A stretch of DNA of 64,000 nt, from positions 128,001 to 192,000 of the forward strand of contig CAWCNS010000004.1 of NCBI GenBank assembly GCA_963796965.1, given 5' to 3'. A program made the position numbers and the translations under genes. Positions 21,652 through 34,228 of the stretch are shown in pieces (positions within the stretch are counted from its first letter, which is position 1; every line of letters starts with the position of its first letter). The notes beneath the pieces were generated by a model, which worked only from the letters and a program-made list of their open reading frames with translations, ran no database searches and was not told the DNA's origin. This stretch comes from Calditrichia bacterium (GTDB lineage: Bacteria; Calditrichota; Calditrichia; JAJRVZ01).

Positions 21652-23890
21652 ATGAACACTCCAACTAAAACCAAAAACAATAAATTTGAACCTGTTGACA
21701 CTGTTAATCCTGACATCGGAGGAATGTCCCATCTACTTGTACCAACCCTTCCCCTGGTTCACCTACCTAATTCCATGGTGCGTATCTCCAGACAACCTCA
21801 GGGATATAACCAGGAAAAAATCACTCATTTTCCAATAAATATTATCTCCCATCGTATGGCCGCTGCAGGACGGATAATGGTTACAACGGGTGAAATTAAT
21901 ACAAACCCTGATACCTGGTCTTCTACTTATGACCATGATTTTGAAACAACAAAGCCCTACCACTATTCTGTCCTGCTTGAAGACCATAATATCGATTTGG
22001 AACTCACTACAACTGAGCACACAGTGTTTTATCAGTTCAAGGGAAATTCAAATAATAAGATTAATCTTTATCTTCAGACAATAAATAATGGAAAGATTGA
22101 GTTCTCACCTGATGAAAAAACCATTAGAGGAGTAGAGATCGTATCAGGCGTGAAGATCCATTTTTGTATGAAGATTCAAGGCGAAGTTGAAAAATATGGT
22201 GCATTTCTGGCAGAGCAGCGTTTTGATGATAAATTGAATGTTGAAGGAAAGCCAGCTGGACTTTATTTAACTATCTCCACTTCTGATGATCACGCTGTTC
22301 AATTAAAGGTGGGGATATCCTATATCTCTCCGGAACAAGCAGCTAAGCACCTGGAAAAAGAAATACCAGACTGGGATTTTGAGTCAATTCTCCCACAAAA
22401 CAAAAATGTCTGGAATCAGGCATTACGTAAAATTAAAGTTGAAGGCGGATCTGACGACGAAAAGACAGCCTTCTATACACTCTTTATCGCTGTTATGAGC
22501 GCATGGTTAATATATCAGAGGATGGCGAATACTATAGCAGCTACGATGAAGCCATCCATGATGATGGTGGAAGTCACTTTTATGTAGACGATTGGGCCTG
22601 GGATACCTTTCGCGCTCAACATCCTCTTCAAATATTGATAAATCCGCAGGAGCAAGTAAATAAAATAGACTCCTATATCAGAATGTATGAGCAATCCGGC
22701 TCCATACCTCTTTTTCCGACACTTATGGGTGATCTTGGATGTATGAATGGCAGCCACCCCACGGCAATTATCAGCGATGCTCATCTCAAAGGAGTAAAAG
22801 GTTTTGATATTGATAAAGACTTATGAAGGATTAAAAAAGAGAGCCTTAGAATCTACCATGCTACCGTGGAGAAATGGCCCTTTGACAGAGTTAGATGAGT
22901 TTTATCATAAAAAGGGATATTATCCTGCCCTTAAAGTTGGGCAGAAAGAGCATGTTGCTGAGGTTGACAAATTGGAAAACAGACAATGTGTTTCCGTGAC
23001 CTTAGGACATAGTTATGATGACTGGTGTCTGGCTATGCTGGCCCGAGATTTGGGCCGGAAAGATGATTTTGATTTCTTTTTAAAAAAAGCGGCTAACTAT
23101 AAGAATTTGTTTGATCCTGAAATTGGGTTTTTTGCCCCTCGCTCAGATGATGGGGAGTGGGTCAGACCCTTTGATCCAAAATTGAGTGGTGGATTTGGTG
23201 GGCGGGATTACTTCGCCGAGAATAACGCTTGGACCTATTTATTTGACGTTCAACATGATGTACAGGGTTTGATTCACTTGTTAGGCGGTAAAGAAAAATT
23301 TATAAAAAAACTCGATGCTTTATTTACAGAAGATTGTGGCACACGTAAAAGTACCTATCTAGCCCAATTCCCTGATGCTACCGGATTAGTTGGTCAATTT
23401 GCCATGGGCAATGAACCAAGCCTGCATATTCCTTATCTTTACAATTATGCCGGAATGCCATGGAAAACACAAAAAAGGATTCGTATGCTGATGGATTTAT
23501 GGTTTACAAATTCTCCCTTCGGGATGTGTGGGGATGAGGATGGCGGTGGAATTTCTTCTTTTTATGTATTTTCCGCCATGGGTTTTTATCCGGTTACACC
23601 GGGTTCTCCCTATTATAATATTGGCAGCCCAATCTTTTCAAATATTGAGATAGATCTGGGGGAGGGAAACTTTTTTTCCATTGAAGCCAAAAACTGCAGT
23701 AAACAAAACAAATATATACAAAGTGCAGAATTGAATGGGAAAGAATTGAAAAATCCTTATTTTGCCCATGATGATATTGCTCAACGGGGGCAAATTGAAA
23801 TTAGAGATGGGTCCCCGGCCAAATTATGAATGGGGCAAGGAATCTACCGGACCCTATTCCATGAGTAGTGATGAAAATAATTCGTCGTAA
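21652..23890 (+). CDS. GH92 alpha-mannosidase, no signal peptide (frameshifts near 22485, 22820, 23790)
   Basis: WDTFRAQHPL, ENNAWTYLFDVQHD, GNEPSLHIPYLYNYAG, GDEDGG, YVFSAMGFYPVTPG. Confidence 0.88.
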
Positions 23891-23892
23891 AA

Positions 23893-25348
23893 TTAGGCGA
23901 ATGCATTCATCAATTCGTCCATATTAATTGTTGCTACGCCACAGGATGAATCGGAAATAGCAAAAGGTAATACCAGACTCATTATTGTTAATTAAACCAC
24001 CACATGAATATATCACATTGGGAACATATCCTTCTCGTTCGGATGGTTGTGGTACAAGAATCGGTTCTGATAATTGGGCAATAATTTTTGATGGATCTTT
24101 TAGATCCAATAGTTCTGCGCCGATACAATAAGTACGCATGGGCCCAACACCATGTGTTAAAAGAAGCCAGCCCTCGGGTGTCTCAATCGGCGAACCACAA
24201 TTTCCTATCTGAAAAAATTCCCAAGGATACTTGGGTTCCTGAAATAATTTTGCCCGATCCCAAAAATCAATGACATCTGACTTCATCATGTACATATTTT
24301 CACCATCAATTCGCGAGATCATCGTATATTTACCATCAATTTTACGTGGGAATAAGGCCATTCCTTTATCTTTAACCGCTTCGCCGGCCATCGCACAAAA
24401 ATTAAAAAAGAGAAAATCCTTTGTTCCGAGCATCATCGGTAAAATTTCAAAACCGTTGAAAGCCGTATAGGTTGCATAATAAAATATGTCTCCATTGTCC
24501 TCCTGAAAGCGCACAAATCGTGCATCCTCTAAACCCTTTATTGCTTCTTTTGATACCGGGAATAATACACGTTCTGAGATATGAGATTCAGGGCGGAAAT
24601 ATCGCTCGTGGTTCGAACGGGCAAGAAAATAAATCATCTTGATAGTATCCGTGAAAGTATGGTCCTGAAGCGATCTATTTTTCACAGATTCGATTCTGTT
24701 TTGAAGTTTTTCGAAAGAAAATGTGGCCGGCAACTTTAAAAAAATATTTTTAGTAACATCATTTTCCATCTTCAATTGTTTGAACTTTTTTATAAAGAAT
24801 TTCTTTTCATACTCCGCCATCATCACAATTTCGGGTGTTTCGAAACGATGATAAGCTCTTTCTAAAAACATATTATTATATTTATCCAATTTACCGCTTC
24901 TAAATTCAATGGATGAGACATGCCCTTCTCCAGTTGCTCTGAAACTAAGGATAAATCGCAATTCATGTTTATTTATATTATCCTGACTTGGATGAACGAC
25001 TATTGATGGATTAAAAAAACCAGCCGCCTCAACAGAATATTCGTGGGTGAAATAGGAACCAATAAGAAGTTTCTTGGTTTCAGAAAGCTGTTTTTGATCA
25101 GGAATGAACATGGCTATATTTTGATAATTTCGTTTTAAAAACTTTTTTTAAATTTCTATGTCTGTGTTCGAAACTTAGACAGAATTTCATCCAATAGATA
25201 TCAAAACACGATCTTCTGAAAGAGTTAAAACCCGATTTATTATATTTTTTGCTCTTTTTTCATTGCCCGGATAATAAAATTTGTTGATAACACGAGAAGG
25301 ATCAGATGAAAATTTCGTTTCTCTTCTGTTAACTGTAATCTTTTGCAT
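23893..25348 (-). CDS. GH130-family glycosidase/phosphorylase, long form with N-terminal extension (frameshifted)
   Basis: THEYSVEAAGFFNPS, RATGEGHVSSIEF, GLEDARFVRF, KDKGMALFPRKIDG, QIGNCGSPIET, REGYVPNVIYSCG; start MQKITVNRR at 25348. Confidence 0.85.
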
Positions 25349-25407
25349 AGAATATTTCCTATATTCACTTTTAGTATTTGGATTAATTCTGACACACATT
25401 GAACTAA

Positions 25408-27715
25408 CTAATTTGCGTTAATAATTTTTTCTATCTCTTTCGAAGGTTCTTTTGTCAATACCTGATCCTCAAATAATTTATACATGGTGAAAAGAGAAAT
25501 TAGCCAGGCTAGAGTTGATTCAGCACCTTCATTTGCATTGGTTCCCTTGAGAATGGAGACCATCTTTACAGCCACCCGTCTGATAATTATATAATTGAGC
25601 ACCGAGATCATTATGACCTAAAAACCAGCTAAAACATTTCATTGCAATATCAATCCATTTTTTCTTCCAGGTGAACTTAAAAACGGATGAACAGGCAAGA
25701 ATAAGATTCATTATTTCAATGGGTTGTTGATCATATTTCGACCGCTCTTCATTTATAGCATACCAGTTATGATTACCAATAATGGACATGTATTCTTCTG
25801 AGGTACTTTGTTTTTCAAGTAACCATTCTAAAGAGGATATACCTGCGTCAATCATTTCGTCTTTTGATAATCGCTGACCGGCAATGATTAAACCATGAGA
25901 CAAACTTGCGTTAGCGTAGGTTAATTTATCTTCAAACCAGGGCCAATCTTTTTTATAACTATGCTGATAAAGTGCGTAAAGTTTTCCAGCAATAGTCTCA
26001 TGGATCTTTCTTACACTGGCATCGCCGCTAAATATTTCCAGGTAATGGGACATACCGATAATCGCAAAACTCCATGCTCTTGGTGAAGTAAAATTTTCTA
26101 TGGCTGAAATGGCGTCACCAAATAATCTTGTTGCCATGTCTCGAATCGGTTTATTGGGGGCATGGCTAACCGCCACTCCTAATCCCCATAAAGTTCTGCC
26201 ATGAGAATCTTCACTGCCGGCATCTTCTAGCCATGTTCGATCGTATGACATAAAATTTCGAAAGCGACCATTTTCATGATTAAAGGCATGATAAATGAAA
26301 GCCAGATATATATTAATAGATCTGATGATCTGCTCATCCTTACCCAGGTTATAGTACATACAGGCAGCAACCAAGGCTCTGGCATTGTCATCGATACAAT
26401 ATCCGTGATCACGATTTGCAATGGAATAAAATGAATGCTGTAATATTCCCGTATCGTCCGTAAGGGTTTGGAGATGGTGCAGATTAATGCGGGGTAATTC
26501 ATCGATAATTTTAGATCCCGTATCGCTCTCTTTGAGAGCAACCGGATAGGCAGGCCTTTTTTTATACACTTCTCCCACAAGTCTTAGATAACGCTCTGCT
26601 ACTTCCTTCCAGACCATCGTGCGTCCATATAAATAAGCGTTTTTACGAATGGTATTCCGTTTTCGATCAGAAGATAATAAGTCATTAACTTCTTTAGCAA
26701 TACTTTCTGAATCACGAAAAGGCACTAAACGGCCTCTTCCGTTTGCCAGGAGTTCCTCTGCGTAGAGATAGGAGGTTGACACGACTGCGTTACCTGCCCC
26801 AACCGCATAAGCTAATGTCCCGGAGGTGATTTGATCCTTTGATAGATAGGGGGTCACATATATGTCAGTGGAAATAAGGTACTCTGTTAATGTCTCCAGG
26901 CTAACAAATTTGTTATGGAATTGCACGTGATCTTCAATACCTAATTTTTTAACTTTTCTTTGTAACAGATGGCGGTATTCTTCACCATTGGTTCGAAGTA
27001 ATCCGGGATGTGTAGCACCGGCAATGATATATATTACATCTTTATGTTTCTCGATGATCTTTGGTAGGGCCTCAATCATATACTCAATACCCTTACCTGG
27101 ACTAATCAACCCAAAGGTCAGTATAACTTTTCTATCTTCTAATCCGAATTTATCCTTATAAAAAATAGGATCGACAAATGGTACATCAGGAATACCATGA
27201 GGAATTATTACAATTTTAGAATCTGCAATTTTATAAGTCTCAGTTAATATCTTTTTTGCCTTATGGGCCATAACGACAATTTTTTGTGAGTATTTGGCCA
27301 GCTCTTGAATAATCGCTAATTGATTTTCTGAAGGACTAGGTAGTACGGTATGAAGGGTGGTAATAATCGGAATTTTGAGATTTTTTAGCATTTGAATAAT
27401 AAAGGAACCATCTCTTCCACCAAAAATGCCATATTCATGTTGTAATATTACCATATCCACCTGGTTTAAATTTAAAAAGTCCGCTGCATTTATATAATCT
27501 CTTATCACGTTCTCGAGGATTTCAAATTTGACCCGCTCTGGATAGTCATATCCTTCCGGAATATCATCCATGGCTAAGGCAATAATATTCTCAGGATTTG
27601 GCAGTTTTTGGGCTATGGCCTCACAAAGATCATTGGTAAAGGTGGCAATACCACATCTTCTTGGAATATAATTTCCGATTACAGCAATGGCTTTGGGAAA
27701 ATTTAATAGTCCCAT
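25408..27715 (-). CDS. GT4 glycosyltransferase fused to a C-terminal (alpha/alpha)-barrel-like domain (frameshift near 25545)
   Basis: PRRCGIATFT, QHEYGIFGG, FGLISPGKGIE, QITSGTLAYA; C-domain TDDTGILQH, GYCIDDNARAL, YDQQPIE, NEGAESTLA. Confidence 0.85.
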
Positions 27716-27957
27716 TTTTTCTCCTAACCTTTTATTCTGTTATGTAAAAAATAACCACCCCGTACTAATCTGACTCCGTCAGAAATAACGGGGCAGGCAG
27801 AATACACAGAGTAAATATTTAATAATTAATGACTTAAATGAATTAATTTCCTTCTCCTTCTCAGTGGCCTCTGTGGTTTATTCTTTTTATCCTATTTTTC
27901 ATTTTTGAATATCCCGATTTATCAGGATGACACTACCCCTAATTCTATTCGTGGTTC

Positions 27958-28895
27958 TTATAGAGGGGGGCGTGATGAATTTATACATAAATTGATTAAA
28001 TCTTGGATATTTGCTGTCCCGACACACATGACGGAATCGGCACCACCCCAATATATTTTTAATGTGCCGTCATCTTCTGGAATGGTTCCGCAAGTAAAAA
28101 CGACATTATGAACATACCCGCTTATCTCCCAAGGATCTTCCGGTTGTAAAATCCAATTATCTGAAACCCCGATAAGCTGTGAAGGATCATTAAGATCGTG
28201 CAGAGCTGCACCCAATCGATAAACAGCCCCATCCATCGTCGTAAATACGCCATGAAAAATATGTAGCCAGCCTTGTTCGGTTTTAACAGGTGGACTACCC
28301 GGACCAATTTTACTCTCATCCCAGTGATACTGGACCGGTTTGATAACAACCTCTGATTGACCCCAATGAATTAAATCATCAGAATAAGATATCCAAATGG
28401 ATAAAGGCATGATTTGCGTATGGGGACGATCCAATCTCACATATTTCCCGGATATTTTCTCCGGGAAAAGCACAAGATTACGCATGTCAGCCTGACTGAT
28501 CAGAGCAATGCGTTCAAAAGATTCAAAATCGTCAGTTCGTGCCAGCATAATGCGTACACCATGTCGTGAATAAGCACTATAGGTCAGATAAAAAGTGTTT
28601 TCGAGTGGATTGATCCTTAAATCTTCTACACCGAATTCTTCATATTCGGCGAATACTCCCGACGAAGAGGATTCAATAAAGGGGCTTGGATGGACCTTAA
28701 ATTGAAGCCCATCTTTACTTTCAGCTTTTCCGATGATCGATCGACCATTGAATTGATGTGATCGAAACAGCATAATATATTTCTGATTGTATTTTACAAC
28801 ACCGGCATTATGGACTGTAGAAACAGGATAAGGAACATCTTTTTTTGTTAGAATCGGATTGTTGATCATATCGAGTAAATTATTGGGGTGTACAT
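27958..28895 (-). CDS. GH130-family mannoside phosphorylase/hydrolase (N-terminal indels)
   Basis: NPIL, VHNAGVV, GVEDLRI, RNLVLFPEKI, RLDRP, KIGPGSPP, GYVHNVVFTCG, IYWGGAD. Confidence 0.88.
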
Positions 28896-29131
28896 TTGGA
28901 CCTCTGTAAGTTAAATAATCTGAGTCAATTTATAAATATCTTGCATAAGTAGACTAAATAAATCTGACCACGAATTCCACGAATTTTCACAAATTAATAA
29001 GGGATCTATTCTTAAAAATTTGAAATTATTATACTTATAAAGAATTCGTGTTAATTAGTGTTATACGTGGATAAAATTTATTAAATCTTTGTCTCGCCAC
29101 TGCGAGTTATAAATTATCCAGGAAAATTATT

Positions 29132-30149
29132 TCATTTTAAATCATCAAGAATCTTTTTATAGACTTGAATATATTCGTGAGCCATTCTATAGGCTGAAAA
29201 CCGTTCCTCGGCATCTTTTCTACAATACTGTCGGTCAATTTTGGAGATATTATTAACTGCAGAGATAGGCTTCATTTAAACTCGAGACAAGAAATCCATT
29301 TTTCGCATGTAGTATAATTTCAGACATACTCCCTTTATTAAAAGCTATGACGGGTGTACCACAGGCAAATGATTCAACTACGGATAAACCAAATGGCTCG
29401 TCGAAGTTAATCGGATGTAACAATGCCGAAGCATTTCCCAATAATCTATCACGTTTTACTGGATCGGCACTACCCATAAAACAGATATCATCATCATTAA
29501 TATAAGGTTTAACCTTCTCTTCATAATAACTTTTATCCTGAATGATTCCGGCCATGATGAGTTTTTTCTTGCATTTTTTTGCGATTTGAATTGCCTCGAA
29601 AGCCCCTTTGTCCGGGTGAATTCGGCCAAAAAACAATAAATAATCTTCGGGAGAAGGATTAAAGGTAAAACTATCCAAATCTATACCATGATGGATAGTG
29701 GCATAATAGTCTAAAGAAGGATCTCGATCGGCTTCACTAATGGAAATATAATAGGAAGATTTATTGTATTTTTTATAAACAGGTAAAATATTTGGTGAAG
29801 AGAATCCATGAATGGTTGAAACCAATGGTGTCTCCACTAATTTACTATAACTGAGGGGTAAAAAATCGAAATGATTATGAATCAAGTCAAACTGATCAGC
29901 ACTTTCGAATACCTCAGATATATGAAGACATTCAACGACTTTTGGTATGATATTCTGATCCTCTTCATATCCTGTTGAGCAAACCGAGTGTAATTTGGCA
30001 TTCGTTATAGAATCTGCTGTAGCAAATAGAGATACATCAACCCCAGCCTTACATAATTCCTCAGTTAAAAGAGATACTATTAACTCCCAGGGCCCGTAAT
30101 GACGGGGAGGTGTGCGCCAGGCGATAGGTGAAATCATGCCTATATGCAT
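29132..30149 (-). CDS. GT4 glycosyltransferase (frameshift near 29265)
   Basis: PPRHYGPWE, FGRIHPDKG, EPFGLSVVESFACGTPV; C-terminus IDRQYCRKDAEERFS continues in another frame. Confidence 0.88.
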
Positions 30150-30650
30150 GTTTTGGCCTTTGGTTTAAAGAGAACTTCAATAAGTCAACTATTTGAGAAT
30201 CGTCAAAACTTTACATATTTAATGTAATAAATGATTTCTGTGATGTTTAATATTATATGAAGGAATTTTAAAAAATAAATTTTTCGCAGAAATTAATCAT
30301 ATTGATAAAGATATGAACGAAATACGATACTTCCAATGAATTTTTTTATTCAACCTGCCATAAGGCTTTAAAATTTTGTTACTAATGATAATAAAATCAA
30401 ATATTCACACCTGTAAAAATACTTGAAAATATTACGACTTTCCGAAATTTTCCTTCTATTTTCCTCGTTTTGCATGTAATTAACCAAAACAATATTTCTC
30501 TTGTCATGGCTTGGTGATAGAAATACCTATTTTTAATAATAGAATTCAGTTTGGTTAATAATGATTTCTTTGCGTTTTGTGTTTCTGCGCGAAAAATCTT
30601 TATTCTCTATAGATCTAAATGCGAATTAATATCCAAAGGAATAGTCTAAT

Positions 30651-33600
30651 ATGAAACCTGGTCTAACATATATCTTTTTTATGCTGTTACTATTGTCTTG
30701 TTTTGAATCATCATTTGCAGATGACCTTCGTTTTAAACAACTTGGTCTTGAAGATGGTCTCTCACAAAGCCGGGTTTTTGACATTGTTCAGGACTCAAAA
30801 GGATTTATCTGGATAGCCACAGAGGATGGTCTTAATCGCTATGATGGCTATGAATTTAAAGTTTATAATTTTGATCCTAATGACTCCAGTTCGATTGGTG
30901 GAAATACGATTCAGGCATTGGCTGCAGATGATTCGGGGAATGTCTGGATTGGGACTAGTTTTAGCGGATTAAACAAATACATCGCCAAAACCGGAAAATT
31001 TAAAATTTACCGACATGATCCAAATGATTCCACCAGTATTTCAAGCAATATTGTTTTTGATATACATCGGGACAAGAAGGGTAATCTTTGGCTGGCAACG
31101 ACAGGGACTGGATTTGACTATTTTGACGTCAAGAACCGAGAAACGTTTACCAATCATCCCCATGATCCGAAAATCCAAATTCTACTATAAGTAACGAACC
31201 AAATTTTATATTTGAGGATAGCCGAGGTACGGTGTGGATAGGATCGAATGTTGGATTAGATCGTTATTATCCGGCAAGCGATACATACCGCCACTATTTT
31301 CCATCCCAAAGTGATGGGACTGGCAATGATGTTCCATTAAGACCAGGGTTTTATCCTTATTCTGCGAATTCGAGTCAAAGAAATTATTTGAGCCGCCTGC
31401 AGTTTGGAATCAACCGCTCCTTATTGCTTGCTGTTTATGAAGATAAACAGGGCTATCTTTGGTTTGGGACGGCCGGGGGTGGTTTAAACCGGTTTGACCC
31501 TCAAACCGAATCATTTACATACATGCTTTTGGATCCGGAGAATCCGGAAAGTGCCAGCAACAATATATCTGCCATAAGAGAGGATCGGAGCGGCGTCCTC
31601 TGGGTAGGGACATGGGGCGGCGGATTGTATCAGATTGAAACCCATTCAAAAAGACGCAGCCGTTATGTTCACCGTCAGGGAGATGCGACAAGCATAAGCC
31701 AGAATAATATATCGGTCATTTATGAAGATGCTACCGGTGAAATTTGGATAGGTACGGATTTACAGGGGATTAGTAAAATTGATCGATCTGCCTCAAAATT
31801 CCGGACGATCTCGTCCCTTGAGGATGATCAAAGTGACTTTACCTTTATGTCAATCCGATCATTCTGGGAAGACACCAGGGGTATCTTATGGCTGGGTACG
31901 GCAGGTGGCGGCTTATACCGTTATGACAGACGTAATAATTCCTCAAAAAACTATCGCGCCCATATTGGACAAAAGAATGCCTTACAAAGTGATGTGCTCA
32001 GATCTTTATATCAGGATAAATCAGGCATAATGTGGATAGGATCAGCGCGAGGATTAATAAGATTTGATCCTATACAAGAAACATTTAAGCATATATATAT
32101 CAATCCGGAAAATCCGCTTGATCCCTCAAACTTTGTTAACTACAAAATCTTTGAATTGGAAACGATGCCCGGTTATATCTGGTTTGGAACCAATGGGGGT
32201 GGGGTCTGTCGTTACAATAAAAAAACAGGTGAATTGAAGAATTACCTGCATGATACGGTCAATATGGTAGAAGTGCAACTCAACTTTGTACGGACATTAC
32301 ATCATTATAAAAAAGATCCTAATATTTTATGGGTAGGTGCCTTTGGAGGTTTTAGCAGATTTGATCTGCAGAATGAAACTTTTAAATCTTATGTTAATAA
32401 TCCAAATGACCCGCGAAGTTTGAGCTCGAATAATATCATGAGTTTTACAGAGGATAAAAAAGGCAATTTGTGGATCACTACCTATGGAGGTGGGATAAAT
32501 TATTTTAATCCGCAAACAGAGGAATTTCAGATCCTTACTGTTGAAAACAGTGGACTGCCAAATAATTCCGTATATGGATTTCTCACAGATAATAATGGCT
32601 ATTACTGGCTTAGCTCAAATCGGGGGTTATCTAAATTTGATCCTACCAATCTTACCTTTAAAAATTATACTGTTGAGGATGGCTTGCAGAGTGATGAATT
32701 TAACGGCGGTGCTCTTTATAAGAGTAAAACAGGAGAAATGTTTTTTGGGGGAATTGGAGGTTTTAATTCCTTTTATCCAGAAAGTATCACAGATAATCCC
32801 CATAAACCTCAAATTGAATTGACGGATATTAAACTTTTTAATCAATCCATTGATGTCCGCGCAGAGGGCCCTTTGCAGATGCATATATCAGAAGCTAATA
32901 AGATTACCCTTGAGCATTGGCAGAATGATATCGAGATAGAATATGTAGGACTTCATTATTACCGATCCACAAATAATAACTATGCTTATAAACTTGATAG
33001 ACTATGATACCGACTGGCGCCATGTGGGAACCAGCCGTTCGGCTGTTTATACTAATCTTGATCCCGGCGCGTACACCTTTCGGGTAAAGGCAGCTAATAG
33101 TGATGGTGTCTGGAATGAAGATGGACCTGTATTGGCAATAACGATATTGCCACCCTGGTATGCCACCTCATGGGCTTATGTTGGTTATGGTATGCTTTTT
33201 ATCATAATGGTTTTTGCAATTGACCGCTTCCAGCGTTTTCGCCTGACCCAGCGTGAGCGCAACCACTCCATGATCAGGGAAGCAGAATTGAGGGCAAAGG
33301 CAGCAGAAGATGAAAATGAACGGAAATCCCACGAACTTGAGGAGGCAAGACGTCTTCAATTATCTTTGCTGCCGGAAAAACTTCCAGAGTTACCCAATTT
33401 GGAAATTGCAGTCTATATGAAAACAGCCACGGAGGTTGGTGGCGATTATTATGATTATAATATATCTGCAGATGGTACTTTAAATATTGCCATAGGTGAT
33501 GCAACCGGCCATGGCATGCGTGCCGGAACAGTTGTCACCCTCATGAAAGGCCTTTTCAGTGCGGATTCGGGGCGGATGAAGATTGAAGATTTCTTTAAAC

Positions 33601-34040
33601 AGAGTAGTGAAACGATTAAAGATCTCCGTTTTGGACGGATGATGATGTCGTTTACCCTTCTCAAGATTAAAGAAAACCAAATGTTATTTTCATCGGCAGG
33701 AATGCCACCGGCCTATATCTATCGGTCATCTACATTAAAAGTGGAAGAACTCGCTCACGGTGGCATGCCATTAGGCGGCGTGCAGGAATTTAAATATGAG
33801 GTAAAAAAAGATGCTCTTAATAATGGTGATACATTATTGCTTATGTCTGATGGATTACCAGAATTAAAAAATCCTGATGGAGATATGTTTGATTATCCCC
33901 GGGTAGAAGGTGTTTTTCGCGATGTGGCCGGTGAGACACCGCAGGCAATTGTTGACCGACTTGTTGATGCCGGGGAAATTTGGCGTAAAGATCAGCCTGC
34001 TGATGATGATGTAACCCTGATGGTTATCCGGGCACGTTAA
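30651..34040 (+). CDS. Membrane sensor: Reg_prop beta-propeller + Y_Y_Y + TM + SpoIIE/PP2C phosphatase (split into three ORFs by frameshifts)
   Basis: GLSQSRV, repeated D..G.LWxGT blades, YTNLDPGAYTFRVKAANSDGVWN, PPWYATSWAY, EVGGDYYD, GDATGHG, SDGL, DDVT. Confidence 0.88.
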
Positions 34041-34228
34041 ATGGAATTTTCTTAAACCACAGAGCGCACAGAGAAATCTCAGAGATCACGGGATGTCAAC
34101 AGAACTTATAAAACATATAGTTGAACTGAAACAACAAAGGAATTCATCTTTCCTCTAACCTCTGAGACCTCTGTGGTTTCTTTGTGTACTTTGTGGTAGA
34201 AAATATAGACTGAAGAAGGAAATGGTTA

